Positions 28,773-46,850 of a stretch of DNA of 64,000 bases are shown one piece after another. The stretch lies in NCBI RefSeq assembly GCF_009914755.1, contig NC_060937.1, one strand, 5' to 3'. A model generated the notes under the pieces. That model worked only from the letters and a program-made list of their open reading frames with translations, searched no databases and was not told the origin of the DNA. Both the position numbers and the translations under genes were made by a program. Every line of letters begins with the position of its first letter. Position 1 is the stretch's first letter. Source of the DNA: the human T2T-CHM13v2.0 reference genome, Homo sapiens.

Positions 28773-31658
28773 CTAACAAGAATTTCTACTAGACACAGAA
28801 ATTTTTCTAAGTCTAGTGAGAGGGAAAGCAACTGGGCTCATTAGGGTTCCCTTTTAGATTCCCGGTTCCTGCAGAGAAAATGTAAGTATAGGCAGCAAGA
28901 CATTACAAAGTGGATACAAAGTGGATTATAAGTGTTTGCCGGTGAACAAAATATGACAAAAGAAGTATATTTATTAATAAAAGTATAGAAGGAAAAGTGT
29001 AAATAAAGTGACAATAAGAAAAGAAAATGCTTTTATGGAAAATGATAACTTTAGGACAGAAAACAAGAAAGGTAGACCAAGATTCCCTTGGATGGGTCTC
29101 CAACTCACAATCCTAGAGGAAATGCCAACACGAAACACCCTAGAGAATCCTGGGGGTGGCCAACAATACCAAATGCTGAAAACCCAGAGTACCCAGGTAT
29201 TAGCCAACGAGGGTCCCCACACCAAATGCCGAAAACCCTGGAACATCCAGAGGGGACCAATAGTGAACACCAAAGGCCTCACTGGGGTGACAGAACAATG
29301 TGACTCTGTCATCCCAGGGTCAACACAACAGGGGACCTCTTACAGCCAAGTGTCCTGCCTTAAACAATTGCTCAAGTATGGTTAACAGGGAGTGACAGCA
29401 AAAACTGCAAGTGAAACATACATTTCAGAGCAGAAACAAAGAAAATGGCCAGTGAAGCAAATTATAATGGCACGACAGGAGAAACGACCGAGAGAAGTTG
29501 CAACAAGCATTTAGTTGATCAGGCCTGCTCTAGGGGACTTTGAATCGACTATCTAGCCAGAAGCCTTATTTTCTGGCTCACCTGATATTGAGGCAGGTGG
29601 TAGAGGGGACACCCTTTCAGCAGAGCCAAAATGGAGCTGACCAGTCTCCAACATGGGACCTAGGTGAAGGTCTCTCCAGGTTTTCACAGTTGGGTGGGAT
29701 CAGTTGATGCGAGGGGACCAGTGCTGCCACTTGTCAGGAAAGATAACGGCCCTTAAAAGAGTCTATGGTTAGTACTGTAGCTCTGCTGGTTTGATTGCTG
29801 TAGCGCTGATCAGCGTGTCTTGCCATCTCTTGCCAATCACTGTCTCTTGCTGTCTTACCAATCACTGATTGCTGCTTGCTGATCGCCACTAGCCACCTTT
29901 CTCTGACTGCCACCTCTTGGTGTCTTCTTGCCCTGCTGAGCACCACCTCTCACCATCTTTCTGGTTGACATCTTACCATCTCATCATCTCTCACTGTCTC
30001 TTGTCATCTCACCTCTCTGCCAATCACCATCATCTCTCACTGTCTCTTTTCATCTCGCCTCTCTGCCAATCACCACCATCTCTGCTGTCTCACTGCCTGT
30101 CCACTGATTGCCAATTGCCACCATCTTTGTCTCTTCATGATCACCAGATGATGCAGGGACAGGTGAGCCCCAAAATTGGGGCTTCGCCCAGGAAAGAATT
30201 CAAGGGTGAGCTGGTGGTGTTAAACAGCAATCTTTTATTGAATGGCACTGCTCCTTGCAGAGCAGGGTTAACTCGTAGGCGGTGATCACAGAGTCAGCAA
30301 CATATGGACTCTGAGCAACTGTGTTTATACTCACTTATACCCACTTTCAATTACATGCAAAGTAAGGAGTGGGTTAATGCAAATTTGGGGAGTTATTTAG
30401 CACCTTTTAAGGGGTGGTAACTTCTGGGTTGTTATCATGGAAAGGGGCAGTAACTTCCGAGTAGTTGCCATGGCATTTGTGAACTGTCATGGTGCTGGTG
30501 GGAGTGTCTTATACTAATGAGCAATGAGGGCAGCTAGGGATCGCTTTTTTCACCATCTGCTAGTTGCTTTTTCCTTCACTTCATCCCATGTGGACCAGAT
30601 TCTGTTTCGGTCAGCAGCGTTGTGACCAGAAATCAAGTCCCACCTCACATTTATCTATCTATGTGGGTGGAGGAGGTGTCTGGGCTGGTGAACCAGGCTC
30701 AGCACAAGCCATAGCTGTTTGTGGCCTTTCTAAATCCAGCTGTTCTGGCAGAGTATCACGCAGGGAAAGCAGCTGTGCAGATGGCTGCACTAAATGTGAT
30801 ATCGCCTCAAGGTCCTGCTAAGGGGCACTGCTGTGTCTGAGACCAGAAAGCGCTGGGCATCTACTGGGCATGGTGGCCTCTGAGCAATGGTGCTGGGTTC
30901 TGTCTGCACAGCTGAGCTTTTCCTCTGCCTGCTCCTTTGGGGCTGAGCAATTGAACTTGGAATTCTTGGCACTGAGATGGCAGGTATAATGAAGGTTTCA
31001 AGAGGCATATAATGAAATTTTTGATAAATAGCACAGGCAGGGGCTCAAACAAGAAATTAGAAAAATGATCTGACCTTGGTTGTTTCCCAGGCTGATAAAA
31101 TGGCTCAACCGGTTATAATGTTCAGTAACATTTTCCTTTGCCTGTTTTTCTCTCACTATAAGTCACCCCCGAGGTAAGTGACTCTTCCTTTTTCTTTTCT
31201 TGATGTGACAACTCCGGCCTTCTGCCTAGAATGGTGCTGTTCTTATTTCTGCAAAACCATTTAAGAAAATTGGGTAGAGTCGGGGGGAGGAGCCAAGATG
31301 GCCGAATAGGAACAGCTCCGGTCTACAGCTCCCAGCGTGAGCGACGCAGAAGACGGGTGATTTCTGCATTTCCATCTGAGGTACTGGGTTCATCTTACTA
31401 GGGAGTGCCAGACAGTGGGCGCAGGCCAGTGGGTGTGCGCACCGTGCGTGAGCCGAAGCAGGGCGAGGCATTGCCTCACCTGGGAAGCGCAAGGGGTCAG
31501 GGAGTTCCCTTTCTGAGTCAAAGAAAGGGGTGACGGACGCACCTGGAAAATCGGGTCACTCCCACCCAAATATTGCGCTTTTCAGACCGGCTTAAAAAAC
31601 GGCGCACCACGAGACTATATCCCACACCTGGCTCGGAGGGTCCTACGCCCACGGAATC

Positions 31659-31733
31659 TCACTGATTGCTAGCACAGCAGTCTAAGATCAAACTGCAAGG
31701 CAGCAGCGAGGCCGGGGGAGGGGCGCCCGCCAT
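31659..31733 (-). pseudogene. L1 ORF0, truncated at codon 25
   Basis: Reads MAGAPPPASLLPCSLILDCCASNQ then TGA (consensus CGA). Confidence 0.8.
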
Positions 31734-32188
31734 TGCCCAGGCGTGCTTAGGTAAACAAAGCAGCCGGGAAGCTCAAACTGGGTGGAGCCCACCACAGCTC
31801 AAGGAGGCCTGCCTGCCTCTGTAGGCTCCACCTCTGGGGGCAGGGCACAGACAAACAAAAAGACAGCAGTAACCTCTGCAGACTTAAGTGTCCCTGTCTG
31901 ACAGCTTTGAAGAGAGCAGTGGTTCTCCCAGAACGCAGCTGGAGATCTGAGAATGGGCAGACTGCCTCCTCAAGTGGGTCCCTGACCCCTGACCCCCGAG
32001 CAGCCTAACTGGGAGGCACCCCCCAGCAGGGGCACACTGACACCTCACACGGCAGGGTATTCCAACAGACCTGCAGCTGAGGGTCCTGTCTGTTAGAAGG
32101 AAAACTAACAAACAGAAAGGACATCCACACCAAAAACCCATCTGTACATCACCATCATCAAAGACCAAAAGTAGATAAAACCACAAAG

Positions 32189-33205
32189 ATGGGGAAAAAA
32201 CAGAACAGAAAAACTGGAAACTCTAAAACGCAGAGCGCCTCTCCTCCTCCAAAGGAACACAGTTCCTCACCAGCAACGGAACAAAGCTGGATGGAGAATG
32301 ATTTTGACGAGCTGAGAGAGGAAGGCTTCAGACGATCAAATTACTCTGAGCTACGGGAGGACATTCAAACCAAAGGCAAAGAAGTTGAAAACTTTGAAAA
32401 AAATTTAGAAGAATGTATAACTAGAATAACCAATACAGAGAAGTGCTTAAAGGAGCTGATGGAGCTGAAAACCAAGGCTCGAGAACTACGTGAAGAATGC
32501 AGAAGCCTCAGGAGCCGATGCGATCAACTGGAAGAAAGGGTATCAGCAATGGAGGATGAAATGAATGAAATGAAGTGAGAAGGGAAGTTTAGAGAAAAAA
32601 TAATAAAAAGAAATGAGCAAAGCCTCCAAGAAATATGGGACTATGTGAAAAGACCAAATCTACGTCTGATTGGTGTACCTGAAAGTGATGGGGAGAATGG
32701 AACCAAGTTGGAAAACACTCTGCAGGATATTATCCAGGAGAACTTCCCCAATCTAGCAAGGCAGGCCAACGTTCAGATTCAGGAAATACAGAGAACGCCA
32801 CAAAGATACTCCTCGAGAAGAGCAACTCCAAGACACATAATTGTCAGATTCACCAAAGTTGAAATGAAGGACAAAATGTTAAGGGCAGCCAGAGAGAAAG
32901 GTCGGGTTACCCTCAAAGGGAAGCCCATCAGACTAACAGCGCATCTCTCGGCAGAAACCCTACAAGCCAGAAGAGAGTGGGGGCCAATATTCAACATTCT
33001 TAAAGAAAAGAATTTTCAACCCAGAATTTCATACCCAGCCAAACTAAGCTTCATAAATGAAGGAGAAATAAAATACCTTACAGACAAGCAAATGCTGAGA
33101 GATTTTGTCACCACCAGGCCTGCCCTAAAAGAGCTCCTGAAGGAAGCGCTAAACATGGAAAGGAACAACCAGTACCAGCCGCTGCAAAATCATGCCAAAA
33201 TGTAA
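32189..33205 (+). pseudogene. L1 ORF1 with nonsense codon at codon 130
   Basis: 1017-nt ORF1 frame (MGKKQNRKTG...NHAKM) broken by TGA at 32576-32578 where the consensus has CGA. Confidence 0.93.
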
Positions 33206-33241
33206 AGACCATCGAGACTAGGAAGAAACTGCATCAACTAA

Positions 33242-37096
<3,855 letters not shown>

Positions 37097-37302
37097 ACAA
37101 CGAGATCACATGGACACAGGAAGGGGAATATCACACTCTGGGGACTGTGGTGGGGAGGGGGGAGGGGGGAGGGATAGCATTGGGAGATATACCTAATGCT
37201 AGATGACGAGTTAGTGGGTGCAGCGCACCAGCATGGCACATGTATACATATGTAACTAACCTGCACAATGTGCACATGTACCCTAAAACTTAAAGTATAA
37301 TT

Positions 37303-37346
37303 AAAAAATAATAATAATAATAGTAATAATAATAATAATAATAATA
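37303..37346 (+). repeat. (TAA)n microsatellite derived from L1 poly(A)
   Basis: AAAAA followed by TAA repeats with one TAG variant, up to the TSD. Confidence 0.9.
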
Positions 37347-38599
37347 AAGAAAATTGGGTAGAATGACCTCATTCAGAAGAGAAGAGGCCACAATTTCTGT
37401 TTTGTTTGGTTTGTTTTGTTTTTGACAATTGCCAAAGTACACTTTGTATTATTTTTATGGTCTTCATTTTATAAAATACAGAGATATTTTCATCTTTTCT
37501 GAGTAGTTGATATACAAAAAGCCTAGGTTTAACCTCAAGTTGTTGCAAATACTGTTATTGTTTTCATAGCTATGTTTAAACTTAGTTTTATGTTTGAAAA
37601 TGCTACCTATTGGAAAAAAATAAAGCAGAAAATAAAGAAAGAAAACACTAGAAATTCTACTTCACACTGATGACTACGTTGGTGCATTCAGGCACATTAA
37701 GTATATGTGCACAGTTTTCTCTAAAAGTATACTATACATGTTCTGTAATCAGCATCATTACTCAATCTGTCATGGACATCTTTTCATTTTGATAAATCTA
37801 AATCTAAAAATCACTTATGATGTTTGGAGACTATCACATTGTCTGTAACATAATTTACTTAATTAGCTCTCTATCAAGGGGCATTAGGTTCCTTCTGATT
37901 TTTCATCATTATAAACAGTGCTGAACATTTTTATGCTTATATTTTCCAGTTTTTAAAATTATCATCTTAAGGTAAATTGATGATGTAGGATTGCTAAGAA
38001 TATGCAAACATTTTATAAAACATTTCTAGAAAGGTTATACCCATTTATATTTCCTTCAATAGTACATAAAATCTCATTTCTCAATGTTTTGCCCAAACAG
38101 GTTTTATCACCATATATGATTTTTCTAATAGGCAAGAAAAGCTTAATTTTGTTTTCAAAAATATTTCAAATAAAACATTGAAAATTTTTTAATTCGTATG
38201 TCATCTGTAGCAGCCTGATATCCAGTTCCACTCCCTAGGATCCCCTATTTTATATACTTCTACTTATATTATTTATAATGACTTTCTGTAAGTTAAGAAA
38301 ATACCATTTTATTTATATTTATTTATCAATGTTAGAGAACAGATTGACTTCCACTGAATTATCAGGGATACATGTTCTTACAGCCATCTTCTTCTGCATC
38401 TAATGTTTTTATTTTATCCCACATTAATCCAGAAGAGAAAGTCAATATTTGGATTGAAAAAATCCTCTATGCAAAGCTTCTATAAACAATGTATACTCCT
38501 GAAGAAGGCTGGAGAGGTTTATTTTGAAACAAAGCAAACAATTTTAATAGTCACAGAAGACATTCTCATTTTTAAAAGCTCCATCAGCTGCCTGCTGTT

Positions 38600-39120
38600 A
38601 AAGATGGCAGACAAATTCTTTGTCATTATCCTCATTAGAAGACACAGTTTATTTCCTCTTCTTTTGAGTCTGGCCTGGCCTCACACTGCTTAGCCAATAG
38701 AATGTAGTACAATTGATCGATATCAGTTTATTTGAGGATTGGCGGCTTCTGCTTCCTCTCTCTCAGAATGCTGTCCTGGGGGTGCTCCCTCTTGAAATCC
38801 AGCCACCAAGACTGAGGCACTCAAGACAACACATATCCACTTGAGCTCCCAGCCAACTGCCAGCATCCACCGCCAACCCTGTGAGTGAGCCTTCTTGGAC
38901 ATTCTAGTCTAGCTGAGTACCCAGATGTCACAACTCCAGCTGCTTATGATAATATGGGGAATAGGAAATGTAGCCAATGAATTTGTGGATTTGGCTAAGG
39001 AGATTTCAGTTGAGCTCCTAGATGTCTTCAGACCTAGCTCACATCCTGTGGGGCAAAAGAAACACCCAGGTAACTCCAGATTTAGGGTGGATTGTCTTAC
39101 AGACAATAGTACATAACTGA
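38600..39120 (-). mobile_element. Old MLT1 MaLR LTR
   Basis: cagccaactgccagcatc...gtgagtgagccttcttggac motifs. Confidence 0.5.
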
Positions 39121-39944
39121 AGTAGCTGTTCCACCACTGAGTTTAACCTTCATCTGTCCCTGCATCTCCCACTTTTGCTAGGTCCCCACCCATCCTCTCC
39201 GCATCTCCACCCCTGCTCCTGCCAACACGATCACTTCTCTTCAAGAGTCAAACTAGCCAAATTTCTCCTCTGTCCTCACTTAAAATGTCTTTCCCCACCC
39301 TGAGGACTTTATGCCTGCTGACCCAGGTTCTCAGTGGGCAGAAACTTAGGAAGGCATCCTGCCAAACAAAGTCTCTTCTTTAAGAGAATTGCGATGAGTG
39401 ACATTTTCTCTACCCATGAACCACACGTGAGCTGCACTCACCACTTCTCCTACATCCGGAGCGAAAACAACCTCCCTTCCTTCTTTTCTTTCCTCTCCCC
39501 TTCTCTTTCTTCTTCTCTTTCTGCTTCCTTGTCCTTCTCCTCACTCCTTTGCAAACCATGAAGAGATAAAACTGTCCATGATGAGATGCTCAGTTTTTTC
39601 AAGACGAATTGCTGTTCCACCTCTTAAAAAAAGATCTCACTGCAGAACTGTGCACCCGCGTTTATAAATGTTAGATAACTATGGAAATGATTTAATCAGT
39701 TCATCAACACATTTGTTAAGCACCTGTTTTCTGTAAGGCACTGAGCTAGCCAATGAGGGAAAAAGACATGTGATAGACATCGGTTTGCACTTTATTTCCT
39801 CTCACACGTCTGTCGTCAGTGCCTTATGTACGTGTCACCTAGTCTATTAATCCACACTTCCTTACTGAGTGCCACCATGTTCCAGGCAGCATGAGAAGCA
39901 AACAGCCTTCAGGAAGCTTCCCTCTTCTCCACACACTTTCTCCT

Positions 39945-40360
39945 TGTTAGTTTGCTCAGACTCCATAACCAAGTACCACAGGCTGGGAGTCGTAAAACCA
40001 CAGAAACTTACTGTCTCTAGTCCTGGAGGCTAGAGTTTGAAATCAAGGTGTTGGCAGGGCTGTTGTCCTTTCGAGCTCTAGGGAAGGGTCCTTCTTTGCC
40101 TCTTCCAGCTTGTGGTGGCCCACAGCACTCCCCGGCTTGTAGCAGCATCACTCCAACCTCTGCCTCTATCTTTACGTGACCTTCCCTCTGTGTGTGTCTG
40201 TGTTCAAATTTTTCTCTTCTTAGAAGGACAGCAGTCGTGTTGGATAAGGGCCCGCCCTCATCCAGTATAGCCTCATTTTAACTTGATTCCATCTGCAAAG
40301 ACCCTATCTCCAAATGAGGGCGCATTCGCAGGTTCTGGGGGTTAAGACTTCAACATGTCT
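39945..40360 (-). mobile_element. MLT1 (B/C-like) LTR
   Basis: aaatcaaggtgttggcaggg and catctgcaaagaccctat motifs. Confidence 0.75.
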
Positions 40361-41372
40361 TCAATCCGTCCACAAAACTCTTCTTTCCTCCTTCTCTTAC
40401 CCTCTGATGAAACTTTCTTCTCTTCTACTCCATTCTTTACCATTCCCTTTTCTCTTTACACAGCTGTATCTTACTGTCTCATTCACCTTCATCCCAGACG
40501 AGCCTCTCCTTCATTTCCAGCTTCATATGAGTCCCCATGTCTCTCCCAGTGGTGATGCTGGCTCCCTTGGAGGTGGGGCACAGTAGCCCAGAGGGGTATG
40601 AAGGAGAGCGAGAGCGCAGGTGAATGTCTTTAGTGACACTCATCTCAGCAATTGTTCCCTCTCCCATTCACTCAGTGTCCTGCAATCTTGAATATACCAC
40701 CCATAGGGAAGCATGAGGGAAGGAAAGAGCTGAGAAAGGAGAATGAAGATAAGGATGAAATTCCCTAGATAATCACAGCAAGCAATTAATCTAATTAAGC
40801 TAATATTATTCAACTAATTTTATAATACCTGCCAGAATGTTATCAGATTTCGCTGAAGTGCAGCAGCATATTTCAAAATAAGTAGAAAGGGATTACAGAT
40901 CCTAACTTTGGCAATAAGACTTTGAATCCATGGACTCTGTCTCGCAGTGGGGTTATTGGCTAGTATATCATTGGTGCCTGTGGAATACTTGAGGGATTCC
41001 AGTTAGATCAATCAGTTGTATGACCTGCTGCATGTAACTGCTGATGAAGAGGCTTTATCGAGCTGAGTCAGCTTCTGATAGCTGAGCCTCAAAACCTCAG
41101 GTGTCTCTCTCTTCCATCATTTACGCAAGAGTGAGAGGTTAGGTCAGACCCTCATTGGCACAATTGTTTTAGCTCAGTGGTTGATGAGCTGATTTCCAGT
41201 TTCTCTCTCCCACAAACCTGTGACTCACCCACAAAGGAACATTAGTGGGCTTTGCGGCCCTGATTTCTGGCATCCTAGGTGGGAAAATGAAGAGAGTTAA
41301 ATCATGATGACACATTGCACACCAGCTCTGCAGGCTGTGAGCCAACTGTGAGAGGCAGGCACAGAGAGCTGG

Positions 41373-41754
41373 TGATATGGTTTGGTTCTGTGTCCCCACC
41401 CAAATCTCTGTCAGATTGTAATCCCCAGTGTTGGAGGAGTGGCCTGGTGGGAGGGGATGGAATCATGGGGGCGGACTTCCTCCTGGCTGTTCCTGTGATA
41501 GGGAGTGAGTTCTCGCAAGACCTGGTTGTTTAAAAGTGGGCGGCACCTTCCCCTTCGCTCTTCCTCCTGCTCCTGCCCTGGTAAGAAGTGCTGCTTCCCC
41601 TTTGCTTTCTGCCATGATTGTACGTTTCCTGAGGCCTTCCCAGCCATGCTTCCTGTGTGGCCTGTGGAACGGTGAGTCAATTAAACCTCTTTTCATTATA
41701 AATTACCCAGTCTCAGGTAGTTCTTTATAGCAGTGTGAGAACTGACTCATTTCA
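41373..41754 (+). mobile_element. MST MaLR solo LTR
   Basis: TGATATGGTTTGG start, TSD GCTGG at 41368-41372 and 41755-41759. Confidence 0.88.
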
Positions 41755-41759
41755 GCTGG

Positions 41760-42146
41760 TGTATTAGTTTTCTATGGCTGCTGTAGCAAAATACCACAGA
41801 CAGGGGAGCGTAAACAACAGAAACGTATTCTTTCAAGGTGTCAGCAGGCCTGGTTTCTTCTGAGGCTTCTCTGCTTGGCTTGCAGATGGCTGCCTTCTCA
41901 ATGTGTCCTCACGTGGTCTTTCCTCTGTGTGCACACATCCCTGGTATCTCTCTTTGTGTCCAAATTTCCTTTTCTTATAAGGACACCAGTCAGATTGTGT
42001 TAGGGCTAACCCTCATGGTTTCATTTTAAATTAATTACCTCTTTAAAGGCCCTGTCTCCAAATACAGTCGCATTCTGAGGTACTGGGCGTTAGGGCTTCA
42101 ATATAGGAATTTGGGGGTTGGGGAAGACACAGTTCAGCCCATAACA
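41760..42146 (-). mobile_element. MLT1A-like LTR
   Basis: tgtattagtttt...cagcccataaca with typical MLT1A body. Confidence 0.8.
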
Positions 42147-42810
42147 ACTGGTTAGCCAAGAGGAACTAGTTTTGGAAGGAGCATATGACTTTCTTTTCTT
42201 CCTTTTCTTCACCCCCACCATCCAGAGCCTTGATTGGGCACTTCTAGCTAATACCTCTGGAAGTTGTATTAACAATAAAGTATCTCTAAGATAAGGTTTT
42301 CCAAATAGCTTCATATTTCCTAGAGTACTTGCTAAAATGCAGATTCTTGGGCTACCTGAAATGCTATAAATGGGAAGCTCTTAGGGTTGTAGCCTAGGAG
42401 CCTGTATGTTCCCAATAATTACTTCTCCAGGTAATTCTAAAGAACACTAAACTGGAGTTGCGTCACTATCAGTTGGAGATGATTGACTTGACAAAACTAA
42501 TGATTGGTCACTACTTTTTAAATATGCTGACATGCTTTTTGAATAAAAGTTGCAGAGAAAGAGCAGGCTGCTGTGGGTGAACTGTGCATAACTCTATTTT
42601 ATTGATGTTTCAACCAGTAAGGACAGACTATTACTGAAGCATTAACAAATAGCTGCGGTGATTATAAATTATTGTCACCTAAATGCAGGGAATCCCACGA
42701 GTGTGTGTTGAACATGAGCATTCTATGCATCATGCAATTCTCCAGAGGAAAATCAAAGAGCAAAAGTGCCTCAGACATTCTTTCTAAAACCAGTAAGATT
42801 GTATATAGAG

Positions 42811-43155
42811 AGATGTTCCTCAACTTTGGTGGGGTTGCATCCCAATAAACCACCATAATTTGAAGATATTGTAAGTCGAAAATGCATTTAATACACCTAA
42901 ACTACCAAACATTATAGCTTAGCCTAGCCTACCTTAAATGTGCTCAACACTTACGTTAGCCTATAGGTGGGCAAAAATCATGTAACACAAAGCCTATTTT
43001 ATAATAAAGTACTTACTATCTCATGTAATTTATTGAAAAACAGAATGGTTGTATGAGTACTCAAACTACAGTTTCTACTGAACGCATTTCACTTTTGCAC
43101 CATTGTAAAGTCAAAAAATCCTAAGTCAAACCATCATAAGTTGGGGACCATGTGC
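42811..43155 (+). mobile_element. Tigger-family MITE (MER47-like)
   Basis: agatgttcctcaactt...aagttggggaccatgtg terminal repeats. Confidence 0.65.
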
Positions 43156-43177
43156 ATATACAATCTTATATATATAT

Positions 43178-44370
43178 AGTATATCATCGTGTGTTGCGTA
43201 CTGATGGGGATATGTTGAGAAATGCATCATTAGGCAATTTCTTCACGTGCAAACATCATACACTTACACAAACCTAGATGGTATAGCCTATCACACACCT
43301 AGGTTCAATGGTATAGCCTATATATACCTACATATGGTATAGCCTATGCTCCTAGGCCACAAACCTCTACAGCATGTGACTGTATTGAATCCTGGAGGCA
43401 ATTATAACAATGGTAAGTATTTACGTATCGAAACATAGAAAAAGTACAACAAAAATACCATATAAAAGATTAAACATGGTCCATCTGCACAGGGCACTTG
43501 CCATGAATGGAGCTTGCAGGATGGGCAGTTGTTCTGGGTTAGTCAGTGAGTCAGTGAGTCAGTGGAGCGTGAATGCGAAGGCCTAGGACATTACTGTCAC
43601 TACTTAGACTTTATAAACACTCGACACCTAGGCTACACTTAGGAAATATATTTCTTGTTCAATAATACATTAACCCCACCTTACTGTAATGCTTTTACTT
43701 TATGAACTTTACATTTTTAAAACATTTTGACTCTTTTGTAACAACACTTAGCTTAAAGCACAAACACATTACACAGTTGTATAATAACTTTCTTTATATT
43801 CTTATACATTTTTTCTATTTTTTAATTTTTTTTTTACCTTTTAAACATTTTTGTTAAAAACTAAGATACACACATACATATTTGCCTAGGCCTACACAGG
43901 TCAGGATCATCAATATCACTGTCTTGTCCCATGGCAGGGTCTTCAGGGGCAATAATTTGCATGGAGCTGTCATCTCCGATGGTAACGATGTCTCTTTTTG
44001 GGATACCTCCTGAGGAACCTGCCTGAGGCTCTTTTACAGTTACCTTTTTAAAAATAAGTAGAAGGAGCGTACTCTAAAGATAAAAAGTGTAGTATAGTAA
44101 ACGCATTAACTAGTAATATAGTCATTTATTATCAAGTATTATGTACCATGAATAATTGTATGTGCTATACTTTTATGTGACTGTCAGCACAGAGGGTTTG
44201 TTTATACCAGCATCACCACGAACATGTGAGTAATATGTTGTGCTATGACATTAGGACAGCTCTGATTTCACTAGGGGATAGAAATTTTTCAGCTCTAACA
44301 TTATCTTATTAGATCACTGTTGTATATGTGGTTTGTTGTTGACCAAAATGTTATTTGATGCATGACTGTA
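43178..44370 (+). mobile_element. Tigger3b-like DNA transposon
   Basis: gagaaatgcatcattaggcaattt...cacaaacctagatgg start and gcatgactgTA end, ~1.2 kb. Confidence 0.75.
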
Positions 44371-44395
44371 TATATCTTTGTATACTATATATTAG

Positions 44396-44644
<249 letters not shown>

Positions 44645-45101
44645 TAACACAAAAGCAACATGGCACGTGTCCCATTGTGCATAGAATAGGGCATTGAGCA
44701 TCTTTCCTACATGCTTCTGGGAATTTCCTTGGAGTTTATAATCCCGTGCTCATCCCAGCTCCATATTCTAAACATCTCCATCTGGAAACTCTGTGGCCAA
44801 TCTGAGCACAAGAATTCCTCACCTGCCAGCCCACGTTCTTCCTAAATTTAGCTTTCCACATGATTCCTGTTATGTGTGCTTTCTCGTTCTCTGTCTCTCT
44901 CTCCCTCTTCCTCCTCCTCTCTCTCAAATCACCTCCCATACTTCCTTCCTCCATTCTAACATCCACCCCCAAACTTTTTTTCTCCAACTACCAATGCAAG
45001 ACTAAAAAAAAGTTACTGAATTATAAAAAGCAATTTAATTCTCCATCCTCATCTCTAACTGGACTCTGGGACTTCTTTTTGAGTTATAAACAAATCATTT
45101 G

Positions 45102-45409
<308 letters not shown>

Positions 45410-45605
45410 TCAACGCTGATTTCCTGAACACCTGCCAGGAGATAGGCCCTGTTTTAGTGACCTGAGGTGCCCTCTAAGGTGTTCTGCTAAGGGACCATTC
45501 CACCTTCAGAACAAAGAACAGGTTGAAAGTTTGTATTTGAGACTCTCTTATACTTGGGTGAGATCAAATTCTTAGGCAGAACCCTCTCTCCCAAATACGT
45601 ATTAG

Positions 45606-46241
<636 letters not shown>

Positions 46242-46279
46242 AGCCAGAAGTATTTTTTTAAAGTTCTTGTTATAGTTCC

Positions 46280-46850
46280 TTTTTTGTGTGTGGCAAAATA
46301 TATATAGTATAAAATTGGCCATTTAAACCATATTTTGAGCGAACAATTCAGTGGTATTAGGTATAATCGTGATGTTGTACAGCCATCTGCACTATCCATT
46401 TCCAGAATTTTTTCATCATCCTAAATGGAAACTCTGTTCTTGTTAAACTGTTCCTGCTACTAACTCCCATTCCCCCTCCTCTCAGCTCCTGGTACCCTCT
46501 ATTCTGCTGTCTGTCTCTGTGTGTTTGCCTTCTGGCTATCTCAAATAAATGGAATCTGACATTCGTCCTTTTGGGCCTTGCTTATTTCACTTGACATGTT
46601 TTCAGGTTCATATGTGTTGTAGCAGGTATCAGATCTGCCTTCCTTTTGAAGGTGGAATAGTATTCCACTGTAGGTATATACCACAGTTTGCTTCTCCATT
46701 CATCAGTTGAGGGACATTTGGATGGTTTCTGCCTTTTGGCTACTGTGAATAAGGCTGCCATGTACATGGGTATACAGGCATGTATACCCATGTTTGAGTC
46801 TTTATTTTCAGTTATTTTGGGTATGTAGCCAAAAGATGCTGGACCATAAC
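46280..46850 (-). mobile_element. Old L1M 3' fragment
   Basis: ORF 46582-46878 resembles decayed ORF2 C-terminus (AALFTVAK..KCPSTDEW). Confidence 0.75.

Noticed and set aside
32645-33205. 186-aa ORF as a separate gene
   Set aside because: It is the C-terminal half of L1 ORF1 after the premature stop, called from a GTG.
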